Under the pieces are notes generated by a model. That model was not told where the DNA came from, searched no databases, and saw only the letters and a program-made list of their open reading frames with translations. Below, one piece after another: positions 12,433 through 24,300 of a stretch of DNA of 64,000 bases. Numbering within the stretch: position 1 is the first letter of the stretch; each line of letters begins with the position of its first letter. The DNA comes from Escherichia coli. Lineage in GTDB: Bacteria; Pseudomonadota; Gammaproteobacteria; Enterobacterales; Enterobacteriaceae. Both the position numbers and the translations under genes were made by a program. Where the stretch lies: assembly GCF_030013595.1 (NCBI RefSeq), contig NZ_CP122768.1. One strand, 5' to 3'.

Positions 12433-12565
12433 AGCGGGATATCTGTCGAACTCTGTAGCAAGGAAGGTAACAATAACGCTACATTTGCTGGGGTGCAAAT
12501 CGCTCTGTTGAAGAGGGAGCGGTGCTTTATCCTGCAACGCTGATTAGAGCTGACATTTTATCCTG

Positions 12566-12604
12566 GTTGGCGGCTTCCCGAGGTACTGACGAACGGGAAG
12601 CCGG
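12566..12604 (-). terminator. Hairpin downstream of malS
   Basis: Inverted repeat CTTCCCG...CGGGAAG just after the malS stop. Confidence 0.45.
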
Positions 12605-12609
12605 AAAAG

Positions 12610-14640
12610 TCACTGTTGCCCAGCCCAGATGACCAGCACTTTATCGTCGCCATGCTCACGAACAAAGCCGTAGCCCTGCTTCAGCGAAAGTGTCGTTTGT
12701 TTGCCCGCGCCAATTGCGGGATGGCGGGCGCGAAACTGGCTGATTTTCTGCCAGTGCGCGACGCTGGCGGCAGATTTACCGCTAACATCCTGCCAGTTCA
12801 TATCCGAACGCGTACCTTGCAGCGGATCCGAACCGGTGGGGCCGAACGGACGCGAGGATTCATCACCATAAAAGATTTGTACCGCGCCTGGCGCTAATAA
12901 TAATAACTCTGCTGCTTTGTCGCCCCCTTCACGGAACAGGCGGGTATCATGCGATGAGAGGTAGCTCAACACGTTGAAATCCTGCAATTTCTCCGCCATT
13001 TTCTGCCAGGTCGTATCCATCTGCGCCAGACAATCGACTGCTTTAGCCGCCTGCTCCTGATAATCGAAATTGATCATCGCATCGAAGCCGTGGCGATAGT
13101 AGTCACTTTGCATCACGCCGTGGCCCCAGGCTTCACCGGTCATCCAGAACGGTTTGTCATCTAATGTTTTGTCGGGGTTAGCTTTTTTCCATTCGCGAAG
13201 TGCGGCGCTGGCTTCGGATTTCAGTTGCTGCCAGGCGGGCAACTCAACATGTTTGGCGGTGTCGACCCGAAAACCATCAATCCCATAGTCGCGGACCCAC
13301 TGACTTAACCAGTGGGTTAAGTAATCGCGAGGGGTAAAGCCGTCAATGTCTTTAGCGTGGGTATCCGTTTTGTTTTTATAGAACACTGGCAGACCAGAAG
13401 CGGTCGTTGATTCGGTTTTGATATCCGGCAAAAAGGCCAGCGACATAGTGAGATCGTCGAATCCAGGATTGTCGTAATCGCCGATATCGGTTCTGATCCA
13501 GTTTTTTCCCCACCATTTATCCCAGCCTGTTTTGTCGCTGAAATTAATGTAATCGTTAAAGCTATGCCAGGTTTGCCCGGCGGCAGGTTTCCAGTCGCTC
13601 CAGCGTTCACCCAACGTTTTTTTCACTTCGTCACCAGAAAGATATAACGCGCCAAACTGAAACTCCTGCATATCCGCCAGCGTGGCATAGCCAGTGTGGT
13701 TCATCACGACATCAAAGAGAATACGAATACCGCGCTGATGTGCGTTATCAACCAGCGTCCGTAGATCGGCTTCGCTGCCCATATTGGCATCAAGATTCGT
13801 CCAGTCCTGTGTGTAATAACCGTGGTAGGCATAATGCGGGAAGTCGCCTTTTGTACCGCCGCCGACCCAGCCGTGAATTTGCTCAAATGGGGCGCTTATC
13901 CATAAAGCATTGACGCCCAACTGCTTGAGGTAATCCAGTTTGTTGGTCAGGCCGAGTAAATCACCACCGTGGAAAGTGCCAATTTCTGCCATACCGTCTT
14001 TATGACGTCCGTAACTCTGGTCATTACTGGGATCGCCGTTTTCGAAACGATCTGTCAGCACAAAGTAAACTGTGGCGTTATGCCAGTAAAAAGGGGCAGG
14101 GGCGTCAGTTTCTGCCCGTTCCAGCAGGAGTAAACCGTTGCTGGTGGCAGCGGGTTGTAACGTTATTTGACCGTTCTTCACTATCGCAATTTGCTGGCTG
14201 TAATAATCCCGGACTGCGGCTCCCTCCGGAAAAGTGGCGCTGACATCCAGTGTGAGCGGTAATCCATCCCATTTCGGGCATTCACGGACCAGGCTTGCTA
14301 CCGGTTCGACGGCGTTCTGGATGGAAATCATCAATGTTGGTGTACCGGAGCGGGTGTCTATTTGCAGTGTATATTCGCCGTCCCTGAACAATCGCCATTG
14401 AGGCGGCGTGTTGCTACAAGGTTGCAGGGAAAGCATCTGATTGAGTTTTATCGCATCCACAGGCTGCCAGCACTGTTGGTCAAAATTTAGCGTTAGTGGA
14501 CGCGTACCTTTGGGCAACTGCGCGTGGCTGACAAATGTTCCCGTCCCCTGTTCGCTAAAGGCGGGAAACCCCGGAGAAGTCCAGCTGGCGGCAACGGCGA
14601 AGCCAGGAAGGAGTGTCAGAAAACAGGCGGCGAGTTTCAT
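12610..14640 (-). CDS. malS: Periplasmic alpha-amylase
   Basis: 676-aa ORF with signal peptide MKLAACFLTLLPGFAVA and a GH13 catalytic core. Confidence 0.9.
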   Translation of the reverse strand: MKLAACFLTLLPGFAVAASWTSPGFPAFSEQGTGTFVSHAQLPKGTRPLTLNFDQQCWQPVDAIKLNQMLSLQPCSNTPPQWRLFRDGEYTLQIDTRSGTPTLMISIQNAVEPVASLVRECPKWDGLPLTLDVSATFPEGAAVRDYYSQQIAIVKNGQITLQPAATSNGLLLLERAETDAPAPFYWHNATVYFVLTDRFENGDPSNDQSYGRHKDGMAEIGTFHGGDLLGLTNKLDYLKQLGVNALWISAPFEQIHGWVGGGTKGDFPHYAYHGYYTQDWTNLDANMGSEADLRTLVDNAHQRGIRILFDVVMNHTGYATLADMQEFQFGALYLSGDEVKKTLGERWSDWKPAAGQTWHSFNDYINFSDKTGWDKWWGKNWIRTDIGDYDNPGFDDLTMSLAFLPDIKTESTTASGLPVFYKNKTDTHAKDIDGFTPRDYLTHWLSQWVRDYGIDGFRVDTAKHVELPAWQQLKSEASAALREWKKANPDKTLDDKPFWMTGEAWGHGVMQSDYYRHGFDAMINFDYQEQAAKAVDCLAQMDTTWQKMAEKLQDFNVLSYLSSHDTRLFREGGDKAAELLLLAPGAVQIFYGDESSRPFGPTGSDPLQGTRSDMNWQDVSGKSAASVAHWQKISQFRARHPAIGAGKQTTLSLKQGYGFVREHGDDKVLVIWAGQQ

Positions 14641-14699
14641 GGCGGATGAGTCCTTATTGCTGCGATTTCAGACAGTTTGCCAGCGATAAGCCAGACAAA

Positions 14700-14735
14700 A
14701 CTCATCCCTGAGCGGTAAGTCCACAGGATGAGAAG
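14700..14735. promoter_or_regulatory. Candidate MalT boxes upstream of malS
   Basis: GGATGA-type hexamers in inverted orientation (CTCATCC near 14701, GGATGA near 14727) upstream of the MalT-dependent malS gene. Not verified. Confidence 0.35.
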
Positions 14736-14960
14736 CAAGGGTGAGCGATCGCGCGCAAAAAAACGGCTGAATTTTGCGATAAACCCCACATTTTCTGCGA
14801 TTTAGCGCCAATCTGAATCGTTAACTCGTGACATAGTTTCAGATTTGGACTATTCCTTGGGGTGCTCTTGACAGCTATTTTTGATATGATTTGAGATTCA
14901 ACTCTCAAATTTGTGAAAAATATAAGGTGTTGGAATGATTAAATCCGACCAGGAGACCTG

Positions 14961-15785
14961 ATGATTTTGACTCCCATACGACGATATGGGGCGATGATTC
15001 TTATGTTACTCACTCTGGTGTTTTCGAGTGAGGTGTTAGCGAAGACGCACACAACAACAGCGAGTCAAAAGTCCCACTTAACTAAAGCTAGTAATAAACA
15101 GGTAAGCAGTAAACAAGAGTATTCTCGCAATAGTGCAAAGAGTAGTTCACTTCCTGATTTGCGAAAATACCCTTCCGGAACACCAAGGAAAAAGGCGTTT
15201 CTCCGGACCGTAATGCCTTACATTACCAGCCAAAATGCAGCCATTACTGCGGAACGTAACTGGCTGATTTCAAAACAGTATCAGGGCCAATGGTCACCTG
15301 CTGAGCGTGCGCGTCTGAAAGACATCGCCAAACGCTACAAGGTGAAGTGGTCTGGTAATACGCGAAAAATCCCGTGGAATACCTTGCTCGAACGCGTAGA
15401 CATTATCCCCACCAGTATGGTGGCGACGATGGCTGCAGCAGAAAGCGGTTGGGGAACGTCGAAGCTGGCGCGCAACAACAACAATCTGTTCGGCATGAAA
15501 TGCATGAAAGGACGTTGTACTAATGCGCCGGGTAAAGTGAAGGGGTACTCACAGTTTAGTTCTGTCAAAGAATCGGTGAGCGCCTATGTTACTAACCTGA
15601 ATACGCATCCGGCTTACTCTTCGTTCCGTAAATCGCGTGCACAGCTGCGTAAAGCGGATCAGGAAGTGACTGCCACAGCGATGATTCACAAGCTGAAGGG
15701 CTACTCGACCAAAGGGAAGAGTTATAACAACTACCTGTTCGCAATGTACCAGGATAACCAACGGTTAATCGCGGCACATATGTAA
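14961..15785 (+). CDS. bax: Bax protein (putative glucosaminidase)
   Basis: 274-aa ORF MILTPIRRYGAMILMLLTLVFSSEVLA... Confidence 0.85.
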   Translation: MILTPIRRYGAMILMLLTLVFSSEVLAKTHTTTASQKSHLTKASNKQVSSKQEYSRNSAKSSSLPDLRKYPSGTPRKKAFLRTVMPYITSQNAAITAERNWLISKQYQGQWSPAERARLKDIAKRYKVKWSGNTRKIPWNTLLERVDIIPTSMVATMAAAESGWGTSKLARNNNNLFGMKCMKGRCTNAPGKVKGYSQFSSVKESVSAYVTNLNTHPAYSSFRKSRAQLRKADQEVTATAMIHKLKGYSTKGKSYNNYLFAMYQDNQRLIAAHM

Positions 15786-15799
15786 TTGCATTTCCTCGA

Positions 15800-15834
15800 G
15801 CCTTATCCGACTTGTCGGTCGGATAAGGTTTTTG
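15800..15834 (+). terminator. Rho-independent terminator of bax
   Basis: 11-bp perfect stem CCTTATCCGAC/GTCGGATAAGG followed by TTTTT. Confidence 0.6.
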
Positions 15835-15837
15835 CTC

Positions 15838-15868
15838 GCATCAGGTGATTGTGCTGAGTTACCTGATG
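15838..15868 (-). terminator. Hairpin downstream of xylR
   Basis: Inverted repeat CATCAGGT...ACCTGATG between the convergent bax and xylR ends. Confidence 0.4.
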
Positions 15869-15892
15869 CGACGCCGACAATTCTCATCATCG

Positions 15893-17071
15893 CTACAACA
15901 TGACCTCGCTATTTACATCGCGATACTCTTTTGGCGTCGTGTCATATGCTTTTTTAAAAACAGAGTAGAAATATTGCAGCGATGGATAACCGCACATTTG
16001 CGATATCTCATTGATCGACAAGGTGGTTGAAATCAGCAGACTGCGCGCTTTCTCCAGCTTCTCGGCATGAATCATGGCATGGATGGTTTCCCCCACCTCT
16101 TCTTTAAAACGCTTCTCAAGATTGGAGCGCGAGATCCCGACCGCATCCAGTACCTGATCCACTTTAATCCCTTTACAGGCGTGATTACGAATGTAATGCA
16201 TGGCCTGAATAACGGCGGGATCGGTCAGCGAGCGGTAATCTGTTGAGCGCCGTTCAATGACGCGAACTGGTGGGACCAAAATCCGCTGTAGCGGCATTTC
16301 TTCTTTATCTAATAATCGATGCAACAGTTTTGCCGCCTGATAGCCCATTTGCCGCGCGCCCTGAGCGACCGAAGAAAGGGCGACACGCGACAGATAGCGG
16401 GTCAGTTCTTCGTTATCGATGCCAATCACGCATAATTTTTCCGGTACGGGAATGTGTAGATGTTCACATACTTGTAGAATATGCCGCGCCCGGGCGTCAG
16501 TAACGGCAATAATCCCGGTTTGCGGTGGCAGCGTTTGTAGCCAGTCTGCCAGCCGATTTTGCGCGTGTTGCCAGTTCTCTGGCGCGGTTTCTAATCCCTG
16601 ATAAACCACTCCGCGATACTTTTCTTCGGCGACAAGCTGACGAAATGCATATTCGCGTTCAGTGGCCCAACGTTTACCGCTTGATTCCGGAAGACCATAA
16701 AAAGCAAAGCGGTTAACGCCTTTCTCTTTTAAATGCAAAAATGCGCTTTCAACCAGCGCATAGTTATCGGTGGCAATGTAATGAACGGGTGGGTAACTTT
16801 CTGCAAGGTGATACGAGCCACCAACCCCAACAATGGGGACGTCGACATCAGCCAGCGCTTGCTCGATTTGTTTGTCGTCGAAGTCGGCAATGACGCCATC
16901 TCCTAACCAGTCCTTGATTTTATCAATGCGGGCGCGGAAATCTTCTTCAATGAAAATATCCCATTCCGATTGTGACGCCTGTAAATATTCCCCTACGCCT
17001 TCTACTACCTGCCGGTCATAGGCTTTATTGGCATTGAACAGTAATGTGATGCGGTGACGTTTAGTAAACAT
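15893..17071 (-). CDS. xylR: Xylose operon activator (AraC/XylS family)
   Basis: 392-aa ORF with periplasmic-binding-like N-terminus and C-terminal AraC HTH. Confidence 0.9.
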   Translation of the reverse strand: MFTKRHRITLLFNANKAYDRQVVEGVGEYLQASQSEWDIFIEEDFRARIDKIKDWLGDGVIADFDDKQIEQALADVDVPIVGVGGSYHLAESYPPVHYIATDNYALVESAFLHLKEKGVNRFAFYGLPESSGKRWATEREYAFRQLVAEEKYRGVVYQGLETAPENWQHAQNRLADWLQTLPPQTGIIAVTDARARHILQVCEHLHIPVPEKLCVIGIDNEELTRYLSRVALSSVAQGARQMGYQAAKLLHRLLDKEEMPLQRILVPPVRVIERRSTDYRSLTDPAVIQAMHYIRNHACKGIKVDQVLDAVGISRSNLEKRFKEEVGETIHAMIHAEKLEKARSLLISTTLSINEISQMCGYPSLQYFYSVFKKAYDTTPKEYRDVNSEVML

Positions 17072-17104
17072 GGTTCTTTTCCTGCTGAATCATGCAAAAA
17101 CTCA

Positions 17105-17140
17105 AAACCGGTAATACGTTACCGGCTTTGAGAAAATTTT
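17105..17140 (-). terminator. Rho-independent terminator after xylH
   Basis: Hairpin AACCGGTAA...TTACCGGTT followed by a T-run on the minus strand. Confidence 0.5.
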
Positions 17141-17148
17141 TATCAAAA

Positions 17149-18330
17149 TCAAGAACGGCGTTTGGTTGCGGAGTCCATCCATACTGCCAGCAACAGAATC
17201 GCACCTTTAACGATATACTGCCAGAAGGTCGGTACATCCATCATACTCATGCCGTTATCCAGTGAAGCCATGATGAATGCCCCCATTACCGCTCCGGCCA
17301 CGCTCCCGACGCCGCCTGCCAGACTGGTGCCGCCAATCACGCATGCTGCAATTGCGTCCAGTTCGGCGATATTTCCCGCAGAAGGTGAACCAGCGCCAAG
17401 TCGAGAACTGAGGATTAATCCGGCGATGGCTACCATTAATCCGTTAATTGCGAACACGGCAAGTTTGGTGCGTTCAACGTTAATCCCGGAGAGCCGTGCT
17501 GCTTCCAGATTGCCGCCGATGGCATAAATGCGTCGTCCAAATGCCGTCCGCGTTGCCATAAACATTCCGCCGAGTAACAGCAACGTCAGCAGCAGAACAG
17601 GAGTGGGAACGCCACGGTAATCATTCAACAGCCAGATTGCGCCTAATACGATGATAGCGGTTAAAGCCTGGCGACCGACTACTGCGGTAGAGGCCGGAGA
17701 CTGCAAACCCAAAGCCTGACGGCGCATTCTTCCGCGCCATTGCCAGCCAACAAAAGCCATTAAGCCAAGCGCGCCAATGATGAAGCCGGTGCTGGCAGGT
17801 AGATAGCTTTGCCCAATTTGTGACATCGCGGCGCTGGTGGGGGATACAGTCGTGCCGTTGGTGATGCCAATGAGTATGCCGCGAAATGCCAACATGCCCG
17901 CGAGGGTGACAATAAATGAAGGGACTTTACGGTATGCGACCCACCATCCGTTCCAGGCACCGAGAAGCAGTCCCAGAACCAGTGTTACAATGATGGTCAG
18001 TGGCAAAGGCCAGCCTAACCAGACGTCACAAATCGCCGCGACGCCACCTAACAGCCCCATCATTGAGCCGACGGAAAGGTCGATTTCAGCAGAAATTATG
18101 ACGAACACCATTCCTACTGCGAGGATGCCGGTAATCGCGGTCTGGCGTAACAGGTTGGAGACGTTACGGGCGCTTAAGTAGGCACCATCGGTGGTCCAGG
18201 TAAAGAACAGCATGATTGCGATGATAGCTGCAATCATCACGAAGACCTGCAAATTCAGTGACTTCAGCCCGGAAAAGTCACCGGATGTCGGTACGGCCAA
18301 TTTCACTTCAGACGGATTGCTTTTCGACAT
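17149..18330 (-). CDS. xylH: Xylose ABC transporter permease
   Basis: 393-aa hydrophobic ORF. Confidence 0.9.
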   Translation of the reverse strand: MSKSNPSEVKLAVPTSGDFSGLKSLNLQVFVMIAAIIAIMLFFTWTTDGAYLSARNVSNLLRQTAITGILAVGMVFVIISAEIDLSVGSMMGLLGGVAAICDVWLGWPLPLTIIVTLVLGLLLGAWNGWWVAYRKVPSFIVTLAGMLAFRGILIGITNGTTVSPTSAAMSQIGQSYLPASTGFIIGALGLMAFVGWQWRGRMRRQALGLQSPASTAVVGRQALTAIIVLGAIWLLNDYRGVPTPVLLLTLLLLGGMFMATRTAFGRRIYAIGGNLEAARLSGINVERTKLAVFAINGLMVAIAGLILSSRLGAGSPSAGNIAELDAIAACVIGGTSLAGGVGSVAGAVMGAFIMASLDNGMSMMDVPTFWQYIVKGAILLLAVWMDSATKRRS

Positions 18331-19849
18331 GATGTTCGCTCCTCAATGCGGCTTCCATCACCTGCTCCTGAGTCAGGTTATGATTTATCAGGTTGGCTTT
18401 TAGTTTCCCTTCATGCATCACCAGTACACGATCGCTAAGGCCGAGCACTTCAGGTAATTCGGAAGAGATGACAATAACGGCAATACCCTGCTGGACGAGT
18501 TGGTTAATTAATTTGTAGATCTCGTATTTCGCGCCAATATCGATACCCCTGGTGGGCTCATCAAGAATGAGAATGCGCGGGTTGAGTAACAGGCAGCGAG
18601 CGAGGATCGCTTTTTGCTGATTACCGCCGCTCAAACGTCCAATAGCAAGGTCGGGTGACGACGTTTTAACTTTGAGTTGCTGGATTGATTCCAGAATACA
18701 TTTTTGCTCTGCCGCGTCATCAAGCTGGCTAATACCGCCGGTAAATTTATTGAGTGCGGCGAGGGTAATATTTTTACCAACCGCCATTACCGGAACGATG
18801 CCGTCGCGCTTTCTGTCTTCGGGTACCATCGCAATCCCTTGGGCGATGGCTTGCTGACAGTTACAAATATCTACCTGTTTGCCATCAATATAAATTTTTC
18901 CTTCCCATTGTCCGGGCCACACGCCAAACAGGCACTGAATGGTCTCGGTACGTCCGGCACCAACGAGTCCGGCAATACCCAGTATTTCGCCACGTTTCAG
19001 GGAAAACGAGACATCATTAACTCGTTTAATATGACGATTAACCGGATGCCATGCTGTCAGATGTTCAATACGTAATATTTCATCTCCGGTGGTATGTGGT
19101 TCATTAGGGTAAAGCGCGGTTAACTCTCGCCCGACCATCATGGTGATAATATCGTCTTCACTCATTCCGGCAGCATCACGCGTACCAATGTGCTGACCGT
19201 CGCGAATAACGCAAATCGTATCGGAAATCGCTTTGACTTCGTTGAGTTTGTGCGAAATATAAATACAGGCGATACCGTGCTGTTGTAGATCGCGAATAAT
19301 ATCCAGTAAAACCGACGTTTCCTGCTCAGTTAATGAGGCTGTCGGTTCATCGAGAATTAACAAGCGCACCTGTTTATTAAGTGCCTTGGCAATTTCAACC
19401 AGTTGTTGTTGCCCAAGCCCTAAATCGCCAACGCGGGTATCAGGTGAAATGGATAAACTGACCTGTGCGAGCAGCTTCTGACAGCGTAGCGTCATCAGGT
19501 CATAATCCATAATGCCATTGTGGGTTATTTCGTTACCCAAGAAGATATTTTCCAGCACGGTCAATTCTTTCACCAGGGCCAATTCCTGGTGAATGATGGC
19601 GATACCTTTGCGTTCGGTATCGCGGATGTGACTCGCCTGAATCTCTTCTCCCGCAAAAATAATTTCGCCTTCGTAGGAGCCATGGGGATAAATACCACAC
19701 AGCACTTTCATCAGCGTTGATTTACCAGACCCATTTTCCCCACAGAGTGAGACGATTTCGCCAGCATTCAACCGCAAGCTGACGTTATCAATCGCCTTCA
19801 CACTGCCGAAGGTTTTGGTAATGTTCTTCATTTCAAGTAGATAAGGCAT
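18308..19849 (-). CDS. xylG: Xylose ABC transporter ATP-binding protein
   Basis: 513-aa ORF with duplicated Walker A motifs ([18 protein letters not shown]); 23-nt overlap with xylH. Confidence 0.9.
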   Translation of the reverse strand: MPYLLEMKNITKTFGSVKAIDNVSLRLNAGEIVSLCGENGSGKSTLMKVLCGIYPHGSYEGEIIFAGEEIQASHIRDTERKGIAIIHQELALVKELTVLENIFLGNEITHNGIMDYDLMTLRCQKLLAQVSLSISPDTRVGDLGLGQQQLVEIAKALNKQVRLLILDEPTASLTEQETSVLLDIIRDLQQHGIACIYISHKLNEVKAISDTICVIRDGQHIGTRDAAGMSEDDIITMMVGRELTALYPNEPHTTGDEILRIEHLTAWHPVNRHIKRVNDVSFSLKRGEILGIAGLVGAGRTETIQCLFGVWPGQWEGKIYIDGKQVDICNCQQAIAQGIAMVPEDRKRDGIVPVMAVGKNITLAALNKFTGGISQLDDAAEQKCILESIQQLKVKTSSPDLAIGRLSGGNQQKAILARCLLLNPRILILDEPTRGIDIGAKYEIYKLINQLVQQGIAVIVISSELPEVLGLSDRVLVMHEGKLKANLINHNLTQEQVMEAALRSEHHVEKQSV

Positions 19850-19926
19850 AACGACTCCACCTAAGCCAATTCATTCACGCGGCATGGAGAGAAATCACGC
19901 CCCCGCTCCTCGCCGGGGCGTAACGC

Positions 19927-20919
19927 TTACAGCTCGCTCTCTTTGTGGAATCCGTCTTTAACTACCGTTTCTTTGATGTTGTTTTTATTCACATCGATCG
20001 GTGTCAGCAGGCGGGAGGGAACATCTTTCAGACCATTATTCAGAGTGGTATCTGCTTTTGGTTCCTGACCATTGCCCAACTCAACGGCAATTTCTGCGGC
20101 AGTATTTGCCAACAATGTAATAGGTTTATACACCGTCATAGTTTGCGTACCGGCAGCAATACGTTTAATACCTGCGAGATCCGCATCCTGGCCGGAAATT
20201 GCTACTTTCCCTGATAAACCTTGCGCACTTAATGCCTGAATTGCCCCACCTGCGGTGGCATCGTTTGAGGCAACTACAGCATCAATTTTGTTATTATTGG
20301 CGGTTAGCGCGTTTTCCATAATTTTCAATGCGTTTTCCGGTAACCAGCCATCAACCCATTGGTCACCAACGACTTTAATTTTTCCGGAATCAACGTAAGG
20401 TTTTAACACTTTCATTTGCCCGGCGCGGAACAGCTTGGCGTTGTTATCTACCGGCGAGCCGCCCATCAGGAAGTAATTACCTTGCGGAACAATATCGACC
20501 AGGGCTTTTGCCTGCAGTTCACCGACTTTTTCGTTATCGAAAGAAATATAAAAATCGATATCCGCATCGTTAATCATACGGTCGTAAGCTAATACTTTAA
20601 TACCTTCTTGTTTGGCTTCTTTTACAACGTTACTTAATACCTGACCGTTATACGGAATAATGACAAGAACATCGACGCCCCGGTTAATCATGTTTTCAAT
20701 CTGCGACATTTGTGTTTCTTCATTGCCATTTGCAGACTGTACAAATACTTTCGCGCCGAGAGATTCTGCCTTTTTCACAAAAATATCTCGATCTTTTTGC
20801 CAGCGTTCAAGACGGAGATCATCAATCGCCATACCTATTTTGACTTCTTTGGCGTGTGCCGCAACGTTGGTAAGCAGAAGTGAGGTGCAAAGGGTGAGTA
20901 GAATGTTCTTTATTTTCAT
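19927..20919 (-). CDS. xylF: D-xylose ABC transporter periplasmic binding protein
   Basis: ORF 19927..20997 trimmed to MKIKNILLTLCTSLLLTNVAAHAKEV... (330 aa). Confidence 0.9.
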   Translation of the reverse strand: MKIKNILLTLCTSLLLTNVAAHAKEVKIGMAIDDLRLERWQKDRDIFVKKAESLGAKVFVQSANGNEETQMSQIENMINRGVDVLVIIPYNGQVLSNVVKEAKQEGIKVLAYDRMINDADIDFYISFDNEKVGELQAKALVDIVPQGNYFLMGGSPVDNNAKLFRAGQMKVLKPYVDSGKIKVVGDQWVDGWLPENALKIMENALTANNNKIDAVVASNDATAGGAIQALSAQGLSGKVAISGQDADLAGIKRIAAGTQTMTVYKPITLLANTAAEIAVELGNGQEPKADTTLNNGLKDVPSRLLTPIDVNKNNIKETVVKDGFHKESEL

Positions 20920-21284
20920 GGTGTAGGGCCTTCTGTAGGTAGAGGACAGCTTTAATAAGTAACAATCACCGCGATAAACGTAACCAATTTTTAGCAACTA
21001 AACAGGGGAAAACAATTACAGATTTTTATCTTTCGATTACGATTTTTGGTTTATTTCTTGATTTATGACCGAGATCTTACTTTTGTTGCGCAATTGTACT
21101 TATTGCATTTTTCTCTTCGAGGAATTACCCAGTTTCCTCATTCCATTTTATTTTGCGAGCGAGCGCACACTTGTGAATTATCTCAATAGCAGTGTGAAAT
21201 AACATAATTGAGCAACTGAAAGGGAGTGCCCAATATTACGACATCATCCATCACCCGCGGCATTACCTGATTATGGAGTTCAAT
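20920..21284. promoter_or_regulatory. xylF / xylA divergent promoter region with a CRP-like site
   Basis: AT-rich divergent intergenic region; TGTGA-N6-TCA CRP-like motifs near 21171-21192. XylR and CRP control here is established knowledge; exact sites not verified. Confidence 0.5.
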
Positions 21285-22607
21285 ATGCAAGCCTATTTTG
21301 ACCAGCTCGATCGCGTTCGTTATGAAGGCTCAAAATCCTCTAACCCGTTAGCATTCCATCACTATAATCCCGACGAACTGGTGTTGGGCAAGCGTATGGA
21401 AGAGCACTTGCGATTTGCCGCCTGCTACTGGCACACCTTCTGCTGGAACGGGGCGGACATGTTTGGAGTGGGGGCGTTTAATCGTCCGTGGCAGCAGCCT
21501 GGTGAGGCACTGGCGTTGGCGAAGCGTAAAGCAGATGTCGCATTTGAGTTTTTCCACAAGTTACATGTGCCATTTTATTGCTTCCACGATGTGGATGTTT
21601 CCCCTGAGGGCGCGTCGTTAAAAGAGTACATCAATAATTTTGCGCAAATGGTTGATGTCCTGGCAGGCAAGCAAGAAGAGAGCGGCGTGAAGCTGCTGTG
21701 GGGAACCGCTAACTGCTTTACAAACCCTCGCTACGGTGCGGGTGCTGCGACGAACCCAGATCCAGAAGTCTTTAGTTGGGCGGCAACTCAAGTTGTTACA
21801 GCGATGGAAGCAACCCATAAATTGGGCGGTGAAAACTATGTCCTGTGGGGCGGTCGTGAAGGTTACGAAACGTTGTTAAATACCGACTTGCGTCAGGAGC
21901 GTGAACAGCTGGGCCGCTTTATGCAAATGGTGGTTGAGCATAAACATAAAATCGGCTTCCAGGGTACGTTGCTTATCGAACCGAAACCGCAAGAACCGAC
22001 CAAACATCAATATGATTACGATGCTGCGACAGTCTATGGCTTCCTGAAACAGTTTGGTCTGGAAAAAGAGATTAAACTGAACATTGAAGCTAACCACGCG
22101 ACGCTGGCAGGTCACTCTTTCCATCATGAAATAGCCACCGCCATTGCGCTTGGCCTGTTCGGTTCTGTCGACGCTAACCGTGGCGATGCACAACTGGGCT
22201 GGGATACCGACCAGTTCCCGAACAGTGTGGAAGAGAATGCGCTGGTGATGTATGAAATTCTCAAAGCAGGCGGTTTCACCACCGGCGGTCTGAACTTCGA
22301 TGCCAAAGTACGTCGTCAAAGTACTGATAAATATGATCTGTTTTACGGTCATATCGGCGCGATGGATACGATGGCGTTGGCGCTGAAAATTGCAGCACGC
22401 ATGATTGAAGATGGCGAGCTGGATAAACGCATCGCGCAGCGTTATTCCGGCTGGAATAGCGAATTAGGCCAGCAAATCCTGAAAGGCCAAATGTCACTGG
22501 CAGATTTAGCCAAATATGCTCAGGAACACAATTTGTCTCCGGTGCATCAGAGTGGTCGCCAGGAGCAACTGGAAAATCTGGTAAACCATTATCTGTTCGA
22601 CAAATAA
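21285..22607 (+). CDS. xylA: Xylose isomerase
   Basis: ORF 21273..22607 trimmed to [24 protein letters not shown]... (440 aa). Confidence 0.95.
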   Translation: MQAYFDQLDRVRYEGSKSSNPLAFHHYNPDELVLGKRMEEHLRFAACYWHTFCWNGADMFGVGAFNRPWQQPGEALALAKRKADVAFEFFHKLHVPFYCFHDVDVSPEGASLKEYINNFAQMVDVLAGKQEESGVKLLWGTANCFTNPRYGAGAATNPDPEVFSWAATQVVTAMEATHKLGGENYVLWGGREGYETLLNTDLRQEREQLGRFMQMVVEHKHKIGFQGTLLIEPKPQEPTKHQYDYDAATVYGFLKQFGLEKEIKLNIEANHATLAGHSFHHEIATAIALGLFGSVDANRGDAQLGWDTDQFPNSVEENALVMYEILKAGGFTTGGLNFDAKVRRQSTDKYDLFYGHIGAMDTMALALKIAARMIEDGELDKRIAQRYSGWNSELGQQILKGQMSLADLAKYAQEHNLSPVHQSGRQEQLENLVNHYLFDK

Positions 22608-22678
22608 CGGCTAACTGTGCAGTCCGTTGGCCCGGTTATCGGTAGCGATACCGGGCATTTTTTTAAGGAACGATCGAT

Positions 22679-24133
22679 ATGTATATCGGGATAGATCTTG
22701 GCACCTCGGGCGTAAAAGTTATTTTGCTCAACGAGCAGGGTGAGGTGGTTGCTTCGCAAACGGAAAAGCTGACCGTTTCGCGCCCGCATCCACTCTGGTC
22801 GGAACAAGACCCGGAACAGTGGTGGCAGGCAACTGATCGCGCAATGAAAGCCCTGGGCGATCAGCATTCTCTGCAGGACGTTAAAGCATTGGGTATTGCC
22901 GGCCAGATGCACGGTGCAACCTTACTGGATGCCCAGCAACGGTTATTACGCCCTGCCATTTTGTGGAACGACGGGCGCTGTGCACAAGAGTGCACTTTGC
23001 TGGAAGCGCGAGTTCCGCAATCACGGGTGATTACCGGTAACCTGATGATGCCCGGATTTACTGCGCCTAAATTGCTATGGGTTCAGCGGCATGAGCCGGA
23101 GATATTCCGTCAAATCGACAAAGTATTATTACCGAAAGATTACTTGCGTCTGCGTATGACGGGGGAGTTTGCCAGCGATATGTCTGACGCAGCTGGCACC
23201 ATGTGGCTGGATGTCGCAAAGCGTGACTGGAGTGACGACATGCTGCAGGCTTGCCACTTATCTCGTGACCAGATGCCCGCATTATACGAAGGCAGCGAAA
23301 TTACTGGTGCTTTGCTACCTGAAGTTGCGAAAGCGTGGGGTATGGCGGCGGTGCCAGTTGTCGCAGGCGGTGGTGATAATGCAGCTGGTGCGGTTGGTGT
23401 AGGAATGGTTGATGCTAATCAGGCAATGTTATCGCTGGGGACGTCGGGGGTCTATTTTGCTGTCAGCGAAGGGTTCTTAAGCAAGCCAGAAAGCGCCGTA
23501 CACAGCTTTTGCCATGCGCTACCGCAGCGTTGGCATTTAATGTCTGTGATGCTGAGTGCAGCGTCGTGTCTGGATTGGGCTGCGAAATTAACGGGCCTGA
23601 ACAATGTCCCGGCTTTAATCGCGGCTGCTCAACAGGCTGATGAAAGTGCCGAGCCAGTTTGGTTTCTGCCTTATCTTTCCGGCGAGCGTACACCACACAA
23701 TAATCCCCAGGCGAAGGGGGTTTTCTTTGGTTTAACTCATCAACATGGCCCCAATGAACTGGCGCGAGCAGTGCTGGAAGGCGTGGGTTATGCGCTGGCA
23801 GATGGCATTGATGTCGTGCATGCCTGCGGCATTAAACCGCAAAGTGTTACGTTGATTGGTGGCGGGGCGCGTAGTGAGTACTGGCGTCAGATGCTGGCGG
23901 ATATCAGCGGTCAGCAACTCGATTACCGCACGGGGGGGGATGTGGGGCCAGCACTGGGCGCAGCAAGGCTGGCGCAGATTGCGGCGAATCCAGAGAAATC
24001 GCTCATTGAGTTGTTGCCACAACTGCCGTTAGAACAGTCGCATTTACCAGATGCGCAGCGTTATGCCGCTTATCAGCCACGACGTGAAACGTTCCGTCGC
24101 CTCTATCAGCAACTTCTGCCATTAATGGCGTAA
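22679..24133 (+). CDS. xylB: Xylulokinase
   Basis: 484-aa ORF MYIGIDLGTSGVKVILLNEQGEVV..., FGGY kinase. Confidence 0.95.
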   Translation: MYIGIDLGTSGVKVILLNEQGEVVASQTEKLTVSRPHPLWSEQDPEQWWQATDRAMKALGDQHSLQDVKALGIAGQMHGATLLDAQQRLLRPAILWNDGRCAQECTLLEARVPQSRVITGNLMMPGFTAPKLLWVQRHEPEIFRQIDKVLLPKDYLRLRMTGEFASDMSDAAGTMWLDVAKRDWSDDMLQACHLSRDQMPALYEGSEITGALLPEVAKAWGMAAVPVVAGGGDNAAGAVGVGMVDANQAMLSLGTSGVYFAVSEGFLSKPESAVHSFCHALPQRWHLMSVMLSAASCLDWAAKLTGLNNVPALIAAAQQADESAEPVWFLPYLSGERTPHNNPQAKGVFFGLTHQHGPNELARAVLEGVGYALADGIDVVHACGIKPQSVTLIGGGARSEYWRQMLADISGQQLDYRTGGDVGPALGAARLAQIAANPEKSLIELLPQLPLEQSHLPDAQRYAAYQPRRETFRRLYQQLLPLMA

Positions 24134-24300
24134 ACGTTATCCCCTGCCTGACCGGGTGGGGATAATTCACATCTATATATCTCAGTAATTAATTAATATT
24201 TAGTATGAATTTATTCTGAAAATCATTTGTTAATGGCATTTTTCAGTTTTGTCTTTCGTTGGTTACTCGTAATGTATCGCTGGTAGATATGGAGATCGTT

